In this document: piece by piece, positions 57,321 through 64,000 of the stretch
How the letters are laid out: each line of letters begins with the position of its first letter
How positions within the stretch are numbered: the stretch's first letter is position 1
DNA from: Amoebidium appalachense
Taxonomy: Eukaryota; Protista; Ichthyosporea
NCBI GenBank assembly: GCA_963693365.1
Contig: CAVNZM010000008.1
Span: 7,202,830-7,266,829, forward strand
DNA length: 64,000 nt
Direction: 5' to 3'
Position numbers and translations under genes: made by a program
The notes under the pieces: generated by a model
Database searches by the model: none
Told to the model about the DNA's origin: nothing
The model's input: the letters and a program-made list of their open reading frames with translations, nothing else

Positions 57321-57723
57321 AACACACACACACACACGCACACATTACAAAAAATAAAGTCCCGGACGTGCCACATTGCCAACCGTGCCGTGCATGCACG
57401 TGTGTTAAATTATCAATCTCGTTTCTAGGGGAGGGGGAGGGGGGGAGGGTTTGTAGCAACATATTAATTGTTGGGAGGGAGGGGAGGGGAAGGGAGGGAG
57501 AGAGGAGGAGGAAGAGAGGCATGCAGACACCAGATGTGCAGATACATAGCCGAGCAAGGGTGCCGTGTATTCGTGCGCAAGAGACTCACCCACTGTTTCC
57601 TCTACCCCCTTCCCCCTCCTCCCTCCCCAGACACACAAGCACACGTACAACTACAATCGCACTTGCATACGCCTGCACACACACACACACACACACACAC
57701 AAATACACACAGGTGCCTTTGCC

Positions 57724-58892
57724 ATGACGACTGTATGCCACCCTCTTTCCTTCAAGGGATTTGAGCGTTCACTCTCCGACGACATTTCTTCCTGCGGCTT
57801 TTCCGATTGCAGCTCTCAAATGGCATGGCCAAGCAGGAACACGAATGAAAATTCGCGATTTGATGGAGTCGAAATTTCAGGCTCGACAGATCGCGAATTT
57901 GCCGATTGCTTGGTTGAATCGGCCCTCTGGAGCCTAATTGCAGCCTCGCCGGACGACCGGACGTTCCGGCTTCCCACACACTTCCCGCGCCAATTAAGCC
58001 AACCTGGGGACGCGCCACAGAAAAATCCTGGGGCAGGCAGTATGCACATAGATGTTTCGAAAAATCACGCACCAAAAACACTGCCAAGCCCCAAAATCCC
58101 GAAATCCCCAGTCGAACACGTCTCTGACAAACAGTCGTTCAAAGAGAGTCCCACGCTAGCATCCGCCAAACGCACAAACGAGGATTCTCAGGTGGGTTCG
58201 AACGATATGGATTTGGACACCAAACCGGTTGTCTCGGATTTGCCCAGTCACTTTTCGCTCGGCGTTTCGTCCGGCGTCCCATCTGTGTCCGAAAATAAAA
58301 CGGCGGGGGACCAACCAATGAAACGGCGCTTTTCAGCGCGTCTCCACCAATCAAAAGCCAAGATTCCAACGTTTGGCGAAGACCACATTAGTGACGACGA
58401 AGAAGACACCTCTGCTCCAAATTCCGCGAAAACGTCTTTGGTTTCCGTAATGTCCCCGAAATCCGACGACTCGTCGGGCCCGATTCGCCGGGTTTCGAAA
58501 ACCAAGGGGAAAAAATACCGGAATACGAAATCCGACGAATGCCCCATCTGCCACCGGGGGTACACGGGGCCGGACAGTCTCCGTAACCACATGCGGAAAG
58601 TCCACAAAACAAACAAAACCACGTACACAAACTCGTTGGGCCGCAGTGCCTATGGCTACGCTGAAAAATACGACCCGTTGCATCGCAGCAGGATGGGTGG
58701 CGCCCAGAACAGGGATATGTATGTATCCCCTTTACCCCCCCCCCCCCCCACCCACCCACCCACACACTCACAAACACACACTCACACACTCACACACACA
58801 CACACAGCCACACACCCACCACCTCTCCCCCCCCCCCCCCCCCCCCCCCCCTTTCCCGCCACGATCGCATGCACACAAACACACACACACAA

Positions 58893-58983
<91 letters not shown>

Positions 58984-59805
58984 CCCGTTCCCCCCCTCAC
59001 CACCCACCCACGCTCTCTCTCTCTTCAATTTTTCACACATGTACATGCATCCCCATTTCCTTAAACCATCAACCTTGAATTATGCGCTCTTCCAACACCC
59101 ACTTCCCTCCTCCCCCCCCCACCCCCCACCCCCACCCCCCCCCCCCCCCCCCCCCACCCCACCCCACCCCAAAGGCAAAAAAAAAGGAAATCCGTTTGTT
59201 GCAGGATCACCTAGTGCACTAAGCATGAAGCTTTGAGACTAACCCTCACTCCTTTCTCCAGGCACTTCAATGGGTCCCCCCACTCAAATTTCAGTCCGTT
59301 TTCGCACTCGACCGGCCCGCACGACGAGTCGACCGAATCCGAGTCTGACCAGCCGCACTCGTACTTCAAATTTCCACCCAAAAAACCCCCCTCTGCCGCA
59401 CTTCAGGGCTCCCATTCCCTAGGATATCCACACCAGAGCCCCGCCTACCCAAATTCGGACGTAAATAGAGAGCGGCGGTTTTCGTTCCCGCCCACATTTC
59501 CAGGGAACTCCAACTACACGAGCCAGGGCAAGAACACATCAATGTACACCACGTCCTACCAAAACATGGTCGTATGCAAGGGAAGCGGCTACGAAGACAA
59601 TGCAAGATTTTCGCAGGAGTATGCGTCCTTGGCCCTGGCAGACAGCCTCGTGCGTAAATCCGGCGAAGGCGAATTTCGTTCCGGCAGCACCGGAAATTTG
59701 ACCAGCATACCCGGTAGTCGGAGCCCATTGGTAAGGGGTCCGGCTGACCTCGGCAACCCCGGTCGTGAAAATATGTTCGATATCAACCAGAATGTGCGCT
59801 GGTGA
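57724..59805 (+). CDS. C2H2 zinc-finger protein (single finger, S/P-rich disordered), 2 coding exons, ~512 aa
   Basis: Exons 57724-58718 and 59262-59805 are joined in phase 2 (at|gtatgt ... actaac ... ctccag|g). ATG is in gccATG context after acceptor 57712. Finger CPICHRGYTGPDSLRNHMRKVH is preceded by basic KTKGKKYR. Confidence 0.85.
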
Positions 59806-60598
59806 AACAGTGTCAATGATTATCTATCTTGTAACGTTGTAGCTACATGCTCGCTGGACCACGCTGTGTAAATTACAGTCAAAAGGGTCACGGACGTACC
59901 TAGGGATACGTGCTAATAGTAGCTGTAGAGACGGAAACCTTTGATTTAGTTTCATAGACTTGACAGATGAGGGTGGGGGGGGGGGGGGGGGGAGAGAAAT
60001 GGAAAACTCCATTGTCTTTACGGTATGTTTATTGCGATTAGGCGATTAGGCGCGCTGAATGGTTCAGTTCGAAAATCATTGTGAATATTGGGCAGGTATC
60101 TGAATGTATATTGGGGATATATATACAGGTCTGTGGTTCAACGGTGGAAACTAATCTCATGTACAGGCTCCCCCGGTTGGCTGCTATCAAAACATATAAA
60201 GTTTAATGGTAAAGGTGAACGAATTGCTAATGGCCGAGATTCGGTAAATATTACTTGTAAAAAGGCCTATCAACTTCGTGCTATGATGCAAGCCATGCTG
60301 TGCCTGGCGTTCTCCTTGCAATTGTGTCAAAATAAGAAAAACAACAATTGATTCGCAAAAATACCTTTAAATATGAATCACTCGCAAATTACCATTAATT
60401 CTGAATATCACTTGCAAAATTACCATTGATTCTGAATATCACATGGGCTGCATTTTCGGGATTGGGGAGCCTAGAGGCTGCGTAAATATGTACAAAACGT
60501 TAACCCGACCTGGGATGTGCGCGTGATACTGACGGGTGTGCATACTGGTGCATTCACATGCATGTCGTGTTTGTTGAGCCGGGAGATGTCGCCGCGCG

Positions 60599-60636
<38 letters not shown>

Positions 60637-60771
60637 TGGAGTGAAATGACGGATGTAAGTGTTGCCAATTGCAGGAATGACAGAATATGGTCGGATCAGG
60701 GGCATGGATATATATACCCCTCGAAAGTTTTCGCACACATACAGGTGGACTTGGTGACTTGTAGAACGGGG

Positions 60772-60802
<31 letters not shown>

Positions 60803-60809
60803 CCTCTCC

Positions 60810-60879
<70 letters not shown>

Positions 60880-60887
60880 CGCTCTAG

Positions 60888-60925
<38 letters not shown>

Positions 60926-60938
60926 CCCCCTCCCCCCC

Positions 60939-61085
<147 letters not shown>

Positions 61086-61343
61086 CCTCTCCCTCCCCCC
61101 CGTCACTTTCTCCCCTCCCCCCCCCCCCCCCCCCCCCACCACCACCACCAACCTCTTTTCCCCACTTCCTCCCCTCCCCTCCCCCCACCCCCCCCCCCCC
61201 CCTGCGGTAGATGCTTTGTTTTTTTTGTTCAATTGTTTGTTGTGGGGGGACCGGCTGCAAGCGTAGTCTGCAGTAAATGTGTACTTCGAGTTCTGTAACA
61301 CATTCTAGACAGCCCCCCCCCCCCCCCCTCCCCCCCCCGCCCG

Positions 61344-61392
<49 letters not shown>

Positions 61393-61479
61393 CCGCCGGT
61401 TCGCCCCCTCCTCGACTCCCCGTAAAAATCCATCATACGATCTCCTCCTCCCCCCTAAGCCTGCCCCCCTCCCTCCCAA

Positions 61480-61510
<31 letters not shown>

Positions 61511-61649
61511 CACACACACTTCTCTCAGCTCCCCCCTTCCCCCCCCCCTCACCTTTCCCCCCCCCCCTCCCCTCCCCCCCCCCCCCAACACACACACACA
61601 CACACACACACGACCCTCCCCGACTATTGGCAGCTGCCCCACGTAAGAT

Positions 61650-63060
61650 CTTGAACCTTTGTCAACTAACTATTATAATAGCAGCACATTGTGGGAAGTT
61701 CCCTAACCTTCGGCTCATATTTGGATATTGCAGCGTTTGTGTTTCCGTGTTTCATGCATGCCAGGACATGTGTGCAAGTAGAACCAAATCGGCCAAAGCC
61801 AGTACAACCTCAAGCTCTTCCTGCTTCATATAAACGGTCTGACGTCACTCATTCATGTCTTTTTCCCCTCTTTTTTTTCTCTTACAGACTCGGTGTGTAG
61901 TTGTGTGTGCGTATGTGTTTTTTTGGGGGGGGGAGAGGGAGAGAGGGGGGGGGGGGGAGGGGAGGGCGCAGGTGGGGGGAGGGAGGAGGGGGGGGGGGGG
62001 GGGGGGGGCGGGAATGGGGAGTAGGCAGACTTCATCGACTTGTGACCAGGGACGATCAGTGGAGTTGTTTGTCATGACATGATATAGATTGCCCCCCCCC
62101 CCCCCCCCCCCCCCCCATTCCTTCCCTTCTCCCCCCCTCCCCCCTCCCCCTCTTTTCCTTGGCCTATGCCGCCCCAACCCCCTTCCTCCCCCCCCCCCCC
62201 TATGATATCCTCACACCCACCTGCATTGCCAACATCCCCAATGGAAACAAAAGACAGTACCCTAGTGCTACACGGCTGCAGTTCGAGACACTGCAAACAC
62301 TTTTTTGGCCGGGTGGTCAAATCCTTAGCCTTCTCATCCCCGGCCATCGGATCCCCTGGAATATCTATTTGGGTTGTTTCGCACCATGCATAAGACCGTG
62401 CTTTCTGTCAAGTTACTTGAAAAGCAGACCCTGCTAGTCCCCCCCCCCCCACCCCAAACAACCCCCCCCCCCCACACACACACATCCTTCCCCCCTTTCT
62501 CTCTCAGGCAAAGGGGGGGGGGAATGATTTTTGGCGAGATAGCTAAGGTTTGATAGAAATCTGAATATGGGTTACCAACCAGGTTTGTGATATCCTTACC
62601 CTCGCGCCACACACCATGCAACCCCCCCCCCCCCCCCCCCCAATTCCCCCTTGGATCCCGCATCACGACCCATCAAATAGCTAAGCCACTACCCCTCCCC
62701 ACCCCTCCCCCCCCCTCCCTCCCCCCCCCCCCCCCCCCCCCCCCGCCGACCCCCCCTTCCCCTCTTCCCTTCCCGTGCCCTCAGCCTGCTTCCCAGCCCA
62801 TCCCAGACAAAAAAGAACACCGATCATCACCGTGACCCTTCTCCCCCCTACTTCCCCCCCCCCCCCCCCCCCCCCCCCCCGGCCCCCAACTTTTTTGGAC
62901 CCCAAAGAAATCAAAACCGTACTAAGTGACGACACTAAAAGAAAAAACAGACTCAGCCACAGCCACGGCAGTAACACCGATAGTCCCTCCCCAACCTGTC
63001 GCAAACCATTGAAGACGTTTGCATTATCACCCTCTAGTAGTTCAACCTCCCCTCCCCCGC
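61650..63060 (-). pseudogene. Probable MULE/Mutator transposase relic with SWIM zinc finger
   Basis: Minus-strand fragments in transcription order: NANVFNGLRQVGEGLSV (~63030-62980), LTTRPKKCLQCLELQPCSTRV (~62320-62260), GNLYHVMTNNSTDRPWSQVD (~62090-62035), A*GCTGFGRFGSTCTHVLACM (61815-61753; CxC..CxH with the first Cys position a TGA). Confidence 0.45.
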
Positions 63061-63186
63061 CTTCCCCCCCCCCCTCCTGTCTTCCATGGCACATTACACC
63101 CCCCACACGTGCCACCTGGCCCCACCCTGCACAGCTGCTGACATCAGAGTGGTCATGGGGGGGGATTTTTTATTTTCCAAAGTTTT

Positions 63187-63217
<31 letters not shown>

Positions 63218-63421
63218 GGGGAGAGGGGGGGGGGGGGGGGGGAGACAGAGAGAGACAGAGAGACAGATAGAGAGACAGATGGTGGATGGAGGGGGGAGGG
63301 GGGGGGGGAGGAGGGGGAGGGGGGGACGGACCGGGGGACGGGAAGGGTCGAGAGGTGGGTCGATAAGTGATTGGTCATATGACTGTAGAAAGCCAAGGGC
63401 AGGTTGGTCCTTTTTCCATTT

Positions 63422-63488
<67 letters not shown>

Positions 63489-63558
63489 GTGTGTGTGTGT
63501 GTGTGTGTGAGTGTGTGTCTTTGTATGTGCGTGCGCGACACGGTGTGTGTATGTGTGA

Positions 63559-63645
<87 letters not shown>

Positions 63646-63719
63646 GGGGGCGCGCGTGCGCGCGAGCGTGCGTGTTTGTGTGTTTGTGTGTGTGTGTGTG
63701 TGTGTGTTTGTGTGTGTGT

Positions 63720-63770
<51 letters not shown>

Positions 63771-63782
63771 ATGTGGGCATGT

Positions 63783-63833
<51 letters not shown>

Positions 63834-63884
63834 CGTTGTGTTTGTAACACGATATGTGTGTGTGTGTGTGTTTGTGTGTTTTTT

Positions 63885-63927
<43 letters not shown>

Positions 63928-64000
63928 TGTGTGTGTGTGTGTGTATGCGCGCGCGCGCGCGTGTGTGTGTGTGTATGTATGTGTGTGTGTGTGTGTGTGT

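Noticed and set aside
60375-60480. Terminal exon (PLGSPIPKMQPM*) of a minus-strand gene, with an adjacent ~31-bp duplication
   Set aside because: Too short, and it could not be chained convincingly to upstream exons.

Overview
Intron-rich eukaryotic genomic DNA (lineage not determinable from sequence alone). It is dominated by (CA)n/(TG)n, (CT)n/(AG)n and poly-G/poly-C tracts, so almost all long ORFs in the six-frame track are low-complexity artefacts. Manual exon stitching recovers five genes: (1) the first coding exon of a minus-strand gene with a mitochondrial-type presequence; (2) a complete 12-exon METTL22-like methyltransferase (+); (3) a complete 15-exon SNAPC2/SNAP45-like gene (-) that is invisible in the ORF track; (4) a divergent 9-exon Rae1/Gle2-like WD40 gene (+) with a GC-AG intron and two apparent opposite frameshifts; (5) a single-C2H2 zinc-finger gene (+). 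Mobile or relic DNA includes a 3.9-kb TIR element with a 6-bp TSD and TAT..ATA ends (IS3EU-like) inserted between the divergent SNAPC2 and Rae1 genes, a probable MULE/SWIM transposase relic, a MITE-like foldback, a decayed tandem array of Cys-rich exons, and a two-copy ~400-bp dispersed element with a strongly base-paired 160-nt core. Family assignments come from remembered motifs; no database search was run.
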